IMG/VR virus record: IMGVR_UViG_3300039191_000526
From: an uncultured virus (IMG/VR IMGVR_UViG_3300039191_000526)
Taxonomy: Duplodnaviria > Heunggongvirae > Uroviricota > Caudoviricetes
Direction: 5' to 3' (one strand)
Length of the DNA: 64,000 bases
Both the position numbers and the translations under genes were made by a program. Under the pieces are notes generated by a model. The model was not told the DNA's origin and ran no database searches. It was given only the letters and a program-made list of their open reading frames with translations. Below, piece after piece: positions 1 through 9,849 of this stretch (the stretch's first letter is position 1; every line of letters begins with the position of its first letter).

Positions 1-231
1 TTCTTTTCTTTCTCTAATATAATCAACAGTTTTTTCTAATGATTCTTCAACTTCATATAAATCTAATACATCTTCTGTAATTGTTGAAATATAATCATTC
101 ATCTTTAAATCATCAACTACATTAAGAGCTCTATTTAATAATTCAACCGCCTCTTCACTTTCTCTAATCTTTTCTTCATCACTTGCTTCTGCCATTTTCT
201 TTAACCTATTTGCAATTTTATTTTTTGACAT
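1..231 (-). CDS. Partial acidic helical protein (MSKNKIANRLKKMAEASDEE...), similar to the 8186..8551 product; runs off the window edge
   Basis: Translated by hand; AAGGAG SD upstream of ATG at 231; not in ORF track. Confidence 0.75.
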   Translation of the reverse strand, partial: MSKNKIANRLKKMAEASDEEKIRESEEAVELLNRALNVVDDLKMNDYISTITEDVLDLYEVEESLEKTVDYIRERKE

Positions 232-303
232 TATATAAACACTCCTTTAAGTTTTTATTTTCTAATACTTATATAAATATTATATAATCTTATATAATAC
301 TTA

Positions 304-1269
304 TTAAAAAATATTTCCATTTAAATCATCATCATCAAACCTTTCACCATTCATTGCATCTTCTACTTGTGATATATCAATTCCATCATCACTATCAAAA
401 CTACTAATTAATTGATCTTCACTTTGTGGTGTATTACTTTCTAAATATAAAGATCCATTTATATATGCTCTTTCTTTCATTACTGCTGTTTTTATATCTT
501 CTTTTAAGTCCATTAAAGTATGTGACCTAACTAATTTCATACCACTCCATTCTCCAGTCATTCTATCTCTTCGCTTATTAGCCCCTACTAAAGCAGAATA
601 TACAGTGTGTATTTTGTCAAAAATAATATAACTTATTTTACCATCTTCTGTTGTTCCTTTATCAATAATTTCTTGAGTTAATAATTTATGCCTTGGTATT
701 TGATTAGGATGATGAATTCCCTCTGGTAAAACATGTTTTTTACGCCTTTCATCTTCGGATAAATGTTTCCATCTTTCTTCTTCTTCTAACATATTTTGTA
801 CTTGTTGTTTATCTTTTTTATCTTGATGTTTAATACAATTTAATTTAGATCCATTTTTACTTAAACCATTCAATTTATTTATTTCTCTTTTCTTTTTCTT
901 TTCTTTATGCTTTAATGTATCCTTTAATTTTCTAGTATATCTTTTAATTCCACTTTCAAATCCATATTGTTCTACAACATTTTCTAAGTGGGCAATTTGC
1001 TTATTACTAGCTGTTTGTAATAACCATTTATAAATCCAACTACAATATTGCCCTTTTAAAATATTATATATAAATCTCTTTATAAGATTAATTGAATTAG
1101 TATTCTCTAATCTTTTATATTGTAATAATTTTGAATTAAAATTAAATTCTTTTACCCAAAATAAAGCTTGTGAGCTACCTTTTTTAACATTATTTTTATT
1201 CTCTTCAATTAATTTTTCAATTTCCTGTTTTTGTTTCCAAATATCTACTATTACCATATTGTACCACAC
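304..1269 (-). CDS. Hypothetical protein with acidic C-terminal tail
   Basis: 321-aa ORF, GGAGG SD, promoter at 1295-1323. Confidence 0.7.
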   Translation of the reverse strand: MWYNMVIVDIWKQKQEIEKLIEENKNNVKKGSSQALFWVKEFNFNSKLLQYKRLENTNSINLIKRFIYNILKGQYCSWIYKWLLQTASNKQIAHLENVVEQYGFESGIKRYTRKLKDTLKHKEKKKKREINKLNGLSKNGSKLNCIKHQDKKDKQQVQNMLEEEERWKHLSEDERRKKHVLPEGIHHPNQIPRHKLLTQEIIDKGTTEDGKISYIIFDKIHTVYSALVGANKRRDRMTGEWSGMKLVRSHTLMDLKEDIKTAVMKERAYINGSLYLESNTPQSEDQLISSFDSDDGIDISQVEDAMNGERFDDDDLNGNIF

Positions 1270-1294
1270 CTCCTCTTTATTACCTTATATTATT

Positions 1295-1323
1295 ATTATA
1301 CCATACTTTAATGTAAATGTAAA
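1295..1323 (-). promoter_or_regulatory. Sigma-A-like promoter
   Basis: TTTACA-17 nt-TATAAT with TG extension on - strand. Confidence 0.7.
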
Positions 1324-1330
1324 TAGTTTT

Positions 1331-1798
1331 TTAATTTTTATTTAACTTTAATAAAGTTTTATATTTATCTGATAAATTAGATTCAATATATTCCTCAATT
1401 GATCTTTTATCCCAATAATGTATATTATTATTAATATAATATTTTAAAATTTTTTGATCAATAATCTCTTTAAGAATATCATAATTATTAGGATTAGTAA
1501 AATTATAATATTGAATATAATCCAATAAATTATGAATTTTTCCTTTCATATTAGATAATATTATTTTATTTTTAAATAACTCAATTAATAGTTTATTTAA
1601 TTCATATTCAAATTGATTCTGTTTGTTTTTTCTAATAAAACAAGAATCATTTTTATAAATAGTACTTTTAAAAATTTTAATACAATTATTTAATTCTTTT
1701 ACTTGTCTAATAAAAGATAAAATTGAACTATAACTACATAAAAAATCCGTTCCATGATCTTTTTTATATAAAAGTAATACTTGATTAATTTTTTGCAT
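1331..1798 (-). CDS. Hypothetical protein ending in the shared C-terminal helix (YKTLLKLNKN)
   Basis: ORF with SD; promoter at 1822-1850. Confidence 0.65.
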   Translation of the reverse strand: MQKINQVLLLYKKDHGTDFLCSYSSILSFIRQVKELNNCIKIFKSTIYKNDSCFIRKNKQNQFEYELNKLLIELFKNKIILSNMKGKIHNLLDYIQYYNFTNPNNYDILKEIIDQKILKYYINNNIHYWDKRSIEEYIESNLSDKYKTLLKLNKN

Positions 1799-1821
1799 TA
1801 TTCTTCACTCCTTTTTATTTA

Positions 1822-1850
1822 ATTATATCATACCTTATTTATTATGTAAA
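1822..1850 (-). promoter_or_regulatory. Sigma-A-like promoter
   Basis: TTTACA-17 nt-TATAAT. Confidence 0.7.
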
Positions 1851-1892
1851 CATTTTTTTAATAATAAATAAAAAAAAGCAACTAGCTCAAGG

Positions 1893-2366
1893 CTAGCTGC
1901 AAATATCTTCCATAATATTTTCAATTCTATCGCCTGGTGTGTGAATTGTTTTACCAGCTCTTTTAAAGAATTCTTGTTTAGTTTCTACAAAACCTGATTG
2001 TAATTTATCTTTTCTTTTAACTAAAACTAAATTTCTATAATCTAAATACCAATCTCTTGTATAAGTTTCATACTTAGTTCCAATCTTAAAGAATCTTACT
2101 TTTCCTAACCCTGCTCTATTAGTTGACGGTTGAATAAAAATCCCAAAACGATCATGATTAGTATTATATACAATATCACCTGGTTTTAATCGATAACGAT
2201 ATGGAATCTCTTTATACCACTCTAAATCTCTTATTTCATCTGGATTAACCCCTTGAATATGAGTTGCAATAACTTCTTTTAAAGACTTATTAGTTACTTG
2301 TTCTTCTTTAGAAGACTTTTCCTTAACTATTTCAATATCCCTCTCATTATCCTTAACATTATTCAT
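1893..2366 (-). CDS. Hypothetical protein, possible KOW/SH3-like barrel
   Basis: LKPGDIVYN...RFGIF resembles KOW-type motif; AAGGAG SD; preceded by tandem promoter array. Confidence 0.55.
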   Translation of the reverse strand: MNNVKDNERDIEIVKEKSSKEEQVTNKSLKEVIATHIQGVNPDEIRDLEWYKEIPYRYRLKPGDIVYNTNHDRFGIFIQPSTNRAGLGKVRFFKIGTKYETYTRDWYLDYRNLVLVKRKDKLQSGFVETKQEFFKRAGKTIHTPGDRIENIMEDICS

Positions 2367-2556
2367 TATAAACCAACTCCTTTTATAGGTTTTATTGTGT
2401 GTTAAAAATTTGTGTGTTAAAAAAATAAAATATATTTTTAAAATAAATGTAAAACTTTTATTGCTTTACATTTATTATTATATCATTTTTTAATTATTAC
2501 TATACTACTTTTATTTAATTTTATTACAATACATTGTAATAAAAATGTAAATAGTA

Positions 2557-2950
2557 TTTTTTATATTTTGTTATTATTACCAATAAATGTAAATACCTCA
2601 TAAAAAAATATTTAATATTTTTACTTTACATTTATTATTATAACACTTTTCAATTGTTTTGTAAACAGATTTATTTAATTTTTTATAAAAAAAGTAAATA
2701 AATGTAAATTGTTCATTAAAAAAAGTAGTTTGCTTGTTTTTTATATTTTGTTATTATTACCAATATTTATTATTATTACCAATAAATGTAAATACTATAT
2801 AAAAAAAATTTTGCTGTGTTTTTACCTTACATTTATTATTATAACACTTTTCAATTGTTTTGTAAACAGATTTATTTAATTTTTTATAAAAAAAGTAAAT
2901 AAATGTAAATTGTTTATTAAAAAAAGTAGTTTACTTTTATTTTATATTTA
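2557..2950. repeat. Tandem duplication of about 200 bp, each copy with a - strand promoter (2637-2665, 2838-2866)
   Basis: About 2619-2733 is near-identical to about 2820-2934; TTTACA-aaacaattgaaaagtgt-TATAAT in both. Confidence 0.85.
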
Positions 2951-3236
2951 TATTATATCATACAATTATTATTTTGTACATAATTTTTTATTTTTTATAA
3001 AACAAAGAACTAGGCTGTTTAACCTAGTCCTTTAAATAAATTAATTCTTTTTTTTAGCTTTACTTTCTAAATATTGTTTTTTAGCTTTTCTTTTGATTTC
3101 ATTTTGCTTAGCCTTAACTAAATAATATTCGTTCATTTTATTCACCTCACAGGCTTATTCCTGCTCAGTTACTCACTACATTTGGTTTTAATAAAACCCT
3201 ACTTAATTATCAACTTTCAATTACTAAATACTATAA

Positions 3237-3602
3237 TTATTTATTAATATTATCATCTTTCGATTTATGCATTGCTAAAGACATTAATTGATGAGTAATA
3301 TGCATTTGTATAAAATTAGCATCTTCTGAACTCCATTCCCCTAAAAATTGACCACCAATTCTTTTTTTATTATCTTTTTTATTATCATGTTCAGGGGCAA
3401 TTCCATCTAATATTAATAGTGCCCTTTCACAATCTAAGTCTTTTGTAGGACCTTCCATTTGAATTTCTCCAGTATCTTTATTAACTTTAAAATTATATTC
3501 TACAATTTCATCCTCTTATTGGGATTTTTCTTTATTTAAATCTTCTTTATTATTTCCTTTATTAATTTCTTCCCCCTGTAAATTTAAAATTTTCCCAGCC
3601 AT
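3237..3602 (-). pseudogene. Hypothetical gene interrupted by in-frame TAA at 3516-3518 (or two in-frame genes)
   Basis: ATG at 3602 with GAGGAGG SD is in frame with the 3237..3458 ORF; only one TAA between them. Confidence 0.5.
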
Positions 3603-3640
3603 TATTAGCCTCCTCATTTGTTTTTTACTTTACAATAATT

Positions 3641-3669
3641 ATTATAATACACTTTAATAGCTTTGTAAA
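3641..3669 (-). promoter_or_regulatory. Sigma-A-like promoter
   Basis: TTTACA-17 nt-TATAAT. Confidence 0.7.
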
Positions 3670-3687
3670 CATTTTTTTATAAAAAAA

Positions 3688-3981
3688 TTAAAAAATTGTA
3701 TTTTTAGTTACTTTCTTTAAACTTCTTTTTTCATTTTCATTTAACTGATTACAATTTTCTAATACTTTTTCAGCCATTGTAGGACTTAAACGTAATTTAT
3801 TAATAGCACTTATTCGTTGATTATAAGTAAGCTCACTATAATAGTTATTAAGTAATTCCATTGCACCCCTTGGGGAACATGTTAATTTTGCTATAACCAT
3901 AGACATATCATCATTATCTTTATTTTTTAGCTTTTTTAATAATTCATCAACATTAATTTCATACAATTTATAATCCTCCAA
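3688..3981 (-). CDS. Hypothetical helical-repeat protein
   Basis: Internal repeat SP..A..LL......L...(Q/E)(R/K). Confidence 0.55.
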   Translation of the reverse strand: MEDYKLYEINVDELLKKLKNKDNDDMSMVIAKLTCSPRGAMELLNNYYSELTYNQRISAINKLRLSPTMAEKVLENCNQLNENEKRSLKKVTKNTIF

Positions 3982-4032
3982 TTCTATCTTTGTTATAATT
4001 ATATATAATAAGGTTACTTTTTTAATATTTTT

Positions 4033-5277
4033 TTAATTATTTGTTAGTTTATCATATTGTTTTTTCATTGTCTTTTGTGATCGCTGTCGAAGGGTATCTA
4101 AAAGATCATAATTATCAAAAACTAATTCAACTATCTTAGAATCTAAATGATCATTTTCTACTTTTTCAGATAAAATCTTCTTAGTTTTTTCTTTTGATAA
4201 CCCATCACGATATGGTCTATCCTCAGTAACTGCGGTAAATACATCAGCAACAGCCATAATTCTAGAACCCAATGGAAGATCTTCTTTTGTTAGACCAAAT
4301 GGATAACCACTTCCGTCTAAATGTTCATGGTGATAAGCTGCCCATTTTGCTATATCTGATAAATCCTCTAATGGATTTAAAGCATAATAAGTATAAAAAG
4401 TATGTGATTTTATTATTTTATATTCATTATTATTTAATGTTGATGGTTTGTTTAATATGTTTAATGGAATAGTTAATTTACCTAAATCATGTAAATATCC
4501 AGCTACTTTTATTTTTGATTGATTATGATTAGTCCAATTTAATAATTCTGCTATCATTTTAGCTACCTCTGCAACACCCTTAGAATGAGTTGCAGTAAAA
4601 GGCGTTCTAAAATCTATTATTTTACTAAATATTTTACTTAATTGAACCAATTGATCAATATTTAACTTTATTTTATTTGTACCATATTTATCTTTTAGTT
4701 CAGATTCAATTATATTAGAAGAAACTATATTCAACCAAAAGGATTTATTTTTAGAAATTTTTAAAAATAAATCCACCAACTCTGGATGTAGTTTATTCCC
4801 TCTATACTCTTTTACTAATTTTCTTGTTTGATCTTTTTGGTGTAAAATATTTCCATTATTATTACAATTAATATCTATTACATTAGCTAAATTAATTAAG
4901 TATGAACCTAATGGAATATTTTTTCTACTATTATAATCTTCATGATGATATTTAATTATTTTAGCTACCCTTTTAAAAGGTTCAAAAGAATGAAATAGTT
5001 TATAACCAACCTCAGCATGTCTAGAATCATTAAGATCCATTGCTAAATTAGTTATACCATTTATAGGGAAAATACCAATATCATGTAAAGCACTAGCTAT
5101 AATTATACTATGTTTTTGTTCATAATCAAGATCCATTTCTTTTAATAATTGATATACTATATAAGTTACTTTCTTATGATGGTTTGATATAATTGGACTT
5201 GCCATATCTGTTATATGGGACACACTTAAAGAAATATTAAAAGGGCATATACTATATTTTTTATTTTCTTGATTCAT
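4033..5277 (-). CDS. Tandem HD / HD-GYP cyclic dinucleotide phosphodiesterase
   Basis: Degenerate N-terminal HD (LHDIG, YHHE) plus intact HD-GYP (THS, LHDLGK, HHEHLDGSGYPFGL, VADVF, RPYR). Confidence 0.9.
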   Translation of the reverse strand: MNQENKKYSICPFNISLSVSHITDMASPIISNHHKKVTYIVYQLLKEMDLDYEQKHSIIIASALHDIGIFPINGITNLAMDLNDSRHAEVGYKLFHSFEPFKRVAKIIKYHHEDYNSRKNIPLGSYLINLANVIDINCNNNGNILHQKDQTRKLVKEYRGNKLHPELVDLFLKISKNKSFWLNIVSSNIIESELKDKYGTNKIKLNIDQLVQLSKIFSKIIDFRTPFTATHSKGVAEVAKMIAELLNWTNHNQSKIKVAGYLHDLGKLTIPLNILNKPSTLNNNEYKIIKSHTFYTYYALNPLEDLSDIAKWAAYHHEHLDGSGYPFGLTKEDLPLGSRIMAVADVFTAVTEDRPYRDGLSKEKTKKILSEKVENDHLDSKIVELVFDNYDLLDTLRQRSQKTMKKQYDKLTNN

Positions 5278-5359
5278 TTTCTTAATAACCTCCTCTTTTT
5301 ATTTGAATACTATTTTAATAATATAAAATATTAGTATTAAAATTTATTTATAAAAACTA

Positions 5360-5388
5360 TTTACAAAGTAACTAATTAGTGATATAAT
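5360..5388 (+). promoter_or_regulatory. Sigma-A-like promoter for the + strand operon 5469-8174
   Basis: TTTACA-17 nt-TATAAT, TG extended -10. Confidence 0.75.
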
Positions 5389-5468
5389 ATAAATACAACA
5401 CAATAACATTATACTATATTTAATTAAATAAAAAGTACAAGCTTTTTTAAACAAAAAGGGGGATTAAT

Positions 5469-6020
5469 GTGTTTTTAAATATTAATTGGAATAATACCAA
5501 AAATGTTATAGATAATATTATACAACAAAATAATGAAAATATACAATTATATATTTTAAAACATTATAATAAAATGAAAGATTTTGATCACATGAGAGAA
5601 TTATCCATTAAAATATTCCCTAAATTAAAATGCAATACTAAATCGCGTAAGTTTTGTTTTAATTGGCTATTAAATTTAGCCCCATCTAAATTAATTAAAA
5701 TTGCTCTTGATAATCACTTAACTAAACAAGAATTAGAAAAATTATATTATAATCAAAAAAGCCATTACATAAATAGAGTTAAATCCAAAGCTTTTCTTTG
5801 TAGTACTATACATGTTATTATAATTTTATTTAAAGAATTCTTAACTAAAAAAGAAATAAATTTAATTGTTAAATATTTAAAAAAATATAATCCCAATCAA
5901 GGTGATAAATCAACCTTAAAGGCTATCTTAAATGAAAATCCACCTGATTCTATTAAACAAACCATTGAATCTATATTAATTATTAATCAACTTCAAGGAG
6001 GTAACAACAATGTTACATGA
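5469..6020 (+). CDS. Hypothetical helical protein with shared C-terminal helix (IESILIINQLQ)
   Basis: ORF with SD, first in operon. Confidence 0.65.
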   Translation: MFLNINWNNTKNVIDNIIQQNNENIQLYILKHYNKMKDFDHMRELSIKIFPKLKCNTKSRKFCFNWLLNLAPSKLIKIALDNHLTKQELEKLYYNQKSHYINRVKSKAFLCSTIHVIIILFKEFLTKKEINLIVKYLKKYNPNQGDKSTLKAILNENPPDSIKQTIESILIINQLQGGNNNVT

Positions 6021-6624
6021 AAATATAAAATCTAAAAGAGAAAAAATTCTACAGGAAGATATAAATGATAAAAAGCAATATAATCTATTAAAAGATTTTA
6101 TTAATGATACTCGACCAACTAAAATGCAATCAAATATAACCCAAGTACATTCGAGTCATTATTATATGATTATTTCTACTTTTAGAAATATATTGCGAAA
6201 TTTTAAACAAAACTCTAAATCACATAATTTATCTTTTGGAATTTTAAGAGAATTAAATGAAATTGATGGGTTATTTCATGCAGCAATGGATGGTTTTTTA
6301 ACTAAAAAACAAAGAAAAATACTTTATCATAATCATAAAAAAGATTATAATGAAAAATATACTTTTTATAATAATGATTATTCTGATTTTAGTGAAATTG
6401 CTTCAGTATGTTCTTTTGTTTTAATGTTTGGAGATTTATTAGAAAAAAAAGATAAAGAATATACTTTCCCTTTTATTAAAAAACTTTGTAAAAAAGATTT
6501 ACCACTTAAAGATGATCAAATAGATGAATTAATTAATACTTATTTATTAGAAACACTTGATTTTGGGCAATTACCTGAAGAATTAATTCCTAATATAATA
6601 TCTTTAAAATTAAATAATCTCTAG
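6010..6624 (+). CDS. Hypothetical helical protein related to 5469 ORF (LTKKQ...LY), shared C-terminal helix
   Basis: GGAGG SD, coupled to upstream ORF. Confidence 0.65.
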   Translation: MLHENIKSKREKILQEDINDKKQYNLLKDFINDTRPTKMQSNITQVHSSHYYMIISTFRNILRNFKQNSKSHNLSFGILRELNEIDGLFHAAMDGFLTKKQRKILYHNHKKDYNEKYTFYNNDYSDFSEIASVCSFVLMFGDLLEKKDKEYTFPFIKKLCKKDLPLKDDQIDELINTYLLETLDFGQLPEELIPNIISLKLNNL

Positions 6625-6656
6625 ACTGTTTATTTCAGTAAACAAAGGGTGATTCT

Positions 6657-6971
6657 ATGGATAAAAAAAATCTTTCTAATAATATAAAGAAAGAAATCTC
6701 TATTGATAATATACCTGAATCAGAATTTATAATTAGACCTTCACAATACTTTTTTAAATTAATTAGTGATTATATTATAAAACATAATATTTTATCTAAA
6801 TCAAATAAAAATTATATTAAATTACTAATTAAACAATATCTTAATAAAACTAAAAGAGATAATATTGATATAATTAATGGTATTAATCATGTTTTAAACA
6901 AGTATAATTTACCAGAATGGTTTGTAGAACATTTAAATGGTATTAAGGTGATATATACCATAGATAAATAA
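6657..6971 (+). CDS. Hypothetical protein
   Basis: ORF with SD in operon. Confidence 0.6.
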   Translation: MDKKNLSNNIKKEISIDNIPESEFIIRPSQYFFKLISDYIIKHNILSKSNKNYIKLLIKQYLNKTKRDNIDIINGINHVLNKYNLPEWFVEHLNGIKVIYTIDK

Positions 6972-7022
6972 AATTAATTAGAGTACACATGAGGTATTTT
7001 ATATTAAAAGGAGGAATATAAT

Positions 7023-7706
7023 ATGAGACCTAAAGAAATAATTAATTTTTTAAATGATACTACTAATATAAAACAAAGAGATACTTTCATAAAAAAATTA
7101 TTAAATACTAATGGTGATTCTAGTTTATATGTTTCACATATATTAACTTTTAATGAAAATATGAAAAAACTTTTTGAAAGAGAAAAATATTATATATTAC
7201 AATCTATTATTAATAAATCTAATACTAATAAAGATATGTTTTCTCTTAGCTATGGAGAAGTCCATGATTTTCTTAGGTTAATTTTTGAAACTACTAATTA
7301 TAAATCACCTAGTAGAAAATTAGCATTAAATTTTATTATCAATAATGATGATTTAAAACATACTGCTTATAGTTATGCTGTTATGGGAGATAACTTGTTT
7401 AGTGCTTGTGAACTTAAAGCTATTTTTAATAAAAATGGAAAAGAATATAGTAATATGATATTAAATCGAATTATTAATGGAGATAGTGCAACTTGGATGA
7501 GAATTTCTTTAAAATTCCTATTTACTTTTCATAGTTTTTTATCTAATTCTTATAAGAAAAAATTATTTAATAATTTAAAAATTGACCAATTTGATAAAGA
7601 ATGCTATAAAGAAGCTGATAAAATTATTGAAGCTAATATTATTTATCAAGATATTATAGATAAATTTCAAGCAGAAATTATTAAAACAAAATTGTTAAAA
7701 GGGTAA
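7023..7706 (+). CDS. Hypothetical helical protein, shared C-terminal helix (QAEIIKTKLLKG)
   Basis: AGGAGG SD. Confidence 0.65.
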   Translation: MRPKEIINFLNDTTNIKQRDTFIKKLLNTNGDSSLYVSHILTFNENMKKLFEREKYYILQSIINKSNTNKDMFSLSYGEVHDFLRLIFETTNYKSPSRKLALNFIINNDDLKHTAYSYAVMGDNLFSACELKAIFNKNGKEYSNMILNRIINGDSATWMRISLKFLFTFHSFLSNSYKKKLFNNLKIDQFDKECYKEADKIIEANIIYQDIIDKFQAEIIKTKLLKG

Positions 7707-7730
7707 ATACAATAAACCAGGAGTGATAAT

Positions 7731-8174
7731 ATGGATTTAATTAAAAATACTAGTGTTTTAAAAGAAAAAATAAAATCAATAAAAAAAGAATCCATTAAGG
7801 ATTCTGATAAATATATTAAAGTTGTTAAACAAATTGATCCTAAGTACTTTAAAGGGGAAATAGTTAAGGTATTATATTATGAATTTAAAAGCTATATTAT
7901 AAAAAGAATGGAAAAACAACTTATATCTAAAGAATCTGATTTTAAACGAAATAAAAAGTTCCATATAGAGGCAGTTTTAAATAAGATATTAACTTTTAAC
8001 AAATATATGACTTTAAAAGAAAAATCAGGCTTATTAAAAAAATTAAATATAAATAATATAAATAGTCAAGATATAATTGATAAAATAAAAACAATTATAA
8101 AGGTTTGTCAATTAAATGAAGAACTTAAAAGTGAATTACAATCTAAAATAACAATAATGAAATTAAATAAATAA
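7731..8174 (+). CDS. Hypothetical protein, shared C-terminal helix (QSKITIMKLNK)
   Basis: AGGAG SD. Confidence 0.65.
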   Translation: MDLIKNTSVLKEKIKSIKKESIKDSDKYIKVVKQIDPKYFKGEIVKVLYYEFKSYIIKRMEKQLISKESDFKRNKKFHIEAVLNKILTFNKYMTLKEKSGLLKKLNINNINSQDIIDKIKTIIKVCQLNEELKSELQSKITIMKLNK

Positions 8175-8199
8175 AACCGTGGATTTTATTCCACGGTTT
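8174..8199. terminator. Bidirectional intrinsic terminator between convergent genes
   Basis: AAACCGTGGA ... TCCACGGTTT stem. Confidence 0.7.
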
Positions 8200-8551
8200 C
8201 TTCATTATTAGAATCACCTTTATCAGAATCATCTTGTATTGGATCTTTAGGTGCTATATAAGATTTTAAATATTCTTTATCATTAAAATTACTCATTATA
8301 TCTTGTAAATCAGACACTAAACTAGTAATTTCCATAGCATCTTCATTTTCAGGTAAATTAACAGTCATATCAATCTTTTTATATAAACTAGGATATGATT
8401 CATATAATGCATTTAAATTATCAAACATTACATAATATATATCTTTTAATTCTTCTGCTGCTTCATCAATCCTATTTAGCACTTTACTTGCTTCTTCTAC
8501 AGTTTTATCAGAATCTTCAATTTCATCTGCTAATCTCTTTAATCGCCGCAT
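8186..8551 (-). CDS. Acidic protein with N-terminal RLKRLA motif
   Basis: ORF with SD; similar to 1..231 product. Confidence 0.7.
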   Translation of the reverse strand: MRRLKRLADEIEDSDKTVEEASKVLNRIDEAAEELKDIYYVMFDNLNALYESYPSLYKKIDMTVNLPENEDAMEITSLVSDLQDIMSNFNDKEYLKSYIAPKDPIQDDSDKGDSNNEETVE

Positions 8552-8657
8552 TATTATCCCCCCTTTACTCTTAATTTTTACTATATTTTTACTAAGATTT
8601 TAATAAGAATCTATTATGTTTTTACTTAATAATTATTAAGTGTCTACTTAATAGTTT

Positions 8658-9209
8658 CTAATTAAATATTCTGTCATAATCGTCTAATAAATCAATAATA
8701 TAATCAAATTTAAAATTTAAATATGATGGTAAAACATTTTTATAATCCTCTGACTGCTCATCAGTAATAACTAATGATATATGCTCAAAAACTTGTTCTT
8801 GTGTTTCAAATTCAAGAATTTCCATTAAATTATTATGTAGTCTATCTCTAATTTCTTTTAATAATTCTTTACATCTGCTTTTTTCAGATTCATTATCAAA
8901 GTTTTTAATAATATTTGTAATTTGCTCATCTTGAACTAAAATTTCACCATTCCAATCCAAAATTTCATTTAATTCTTGAAAAAGCTTTATTATTTCATCC
9001 CCCATAATTTGCTGTAGAATAAATTTATCAAAAATCCCATCTTGGAACTTTGCCCTAAGGCACATTACATCTCCTAATAGCTTATAATATTTATCTAATT
9101 CATCAGACGTTAATCCCATACGATCTTTTTTGCGTTGATATAAATTTGCTTCCTCTCTTTTTTCTTCCATATCTTCATATAATCTATTAATTTCATCTTG
9201 TGATAACAT
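8658..9209 (-). CDS. Hypothetical acidic helical protein; N-terminus MLSQDEINRL resembles the FliM/FliY CheY-binding peptide
   Basis: GGAGG SD favours ATG at 9209 over the ORF-track start. Confidence 0.65.
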   Translation of the reverse strand: MLSQDEINRLYEDMEEKREEANLYQRKKDRMGLTSDELDKYYKLLGDVMCLRAKFQDGIFDKFILQQIMGDEIIKLFQELNEILDWNGEILVQDEQITNIIKNFDNESEKSRCKELLKEIRDRLHNNLMEILEFETQEQVFEHISLVITDEQSEDYKNVLPSYLNFKFDYIIDLLDDYDRIFN

Positions 9210-9356
9210 TATCTTTCCTCCCAATTTTTTATTTAATTATTTAATATATTATTTTATCGCAAAAATAATTTCTTTAAGAATTTTTTTAATCTTTATTTTT
9301 TTTTATAGATTACAATAAAGTTTAAGATTAATTTTATAGTGTAAAGTGTAAAATTT

Positions 9357-9399
9357 CGACTCGCGAAAAGCGACGCGGACCGACGAGGTCCATTTTTTT
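9357..9399. other. GC-rich double hairpin followed by T-run in a non-coding block
   Basis: TCGC-gaaaa-GCGA (9361-9373) and GGACC-gacga-GGTCC (9377-9391) then ATTTTTTT. Confidence 0.6.
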
Positions 9400-9849
9400 A
9401 CTTAAATCTACTTAGAATTTAGTTCTTTATTGTCTTCTTAATATAATAATACATATTTTATGTATATTTTTTTACACTTTTATTAAATTGGGGGTATAAA
9501 TTACACTTTTAACACCTACAGAGTAGTATAATAATATACAAATTAAGTCAATTTAATGTATAAATTAGTTCAAATCTAATAATAACTTTAATCTAATAAT
9601 TCTAGGGAGATAAGGAAGTAAGAGGTTATATAAGTGAAAAATAGGGTGTAAAATATTAAAAAAACCTTATTTTGGTTTATACTTTACACGCTTTACACCC
9701 CTTAAATAATTATTATTTAGTCCCTATTTACACTTGAGAGGTTTATTTTACAGTTATAATAGTATTAAGTGTAAATGTAATAAGAGGCTATAGTGATGGT
9801 TGTGGGGCATTATAATTGCGTATAAAAGTATTATGTAAGGATATAAAAT

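Noticed and set aside
3041..3200. Riboswitch upstream of a possible 31-aa basic peptide (3041-3136)
   Set aside because: Only two short hairpins (GGTTTTA/TAAAACC, CAGG/CCTG); no match to an aptamer consensus I recognise.
9357..9399. tRNA fragment or attP site
   Set aside because: No cloverleaf, T-loop or CCA, and no integrase in the window.
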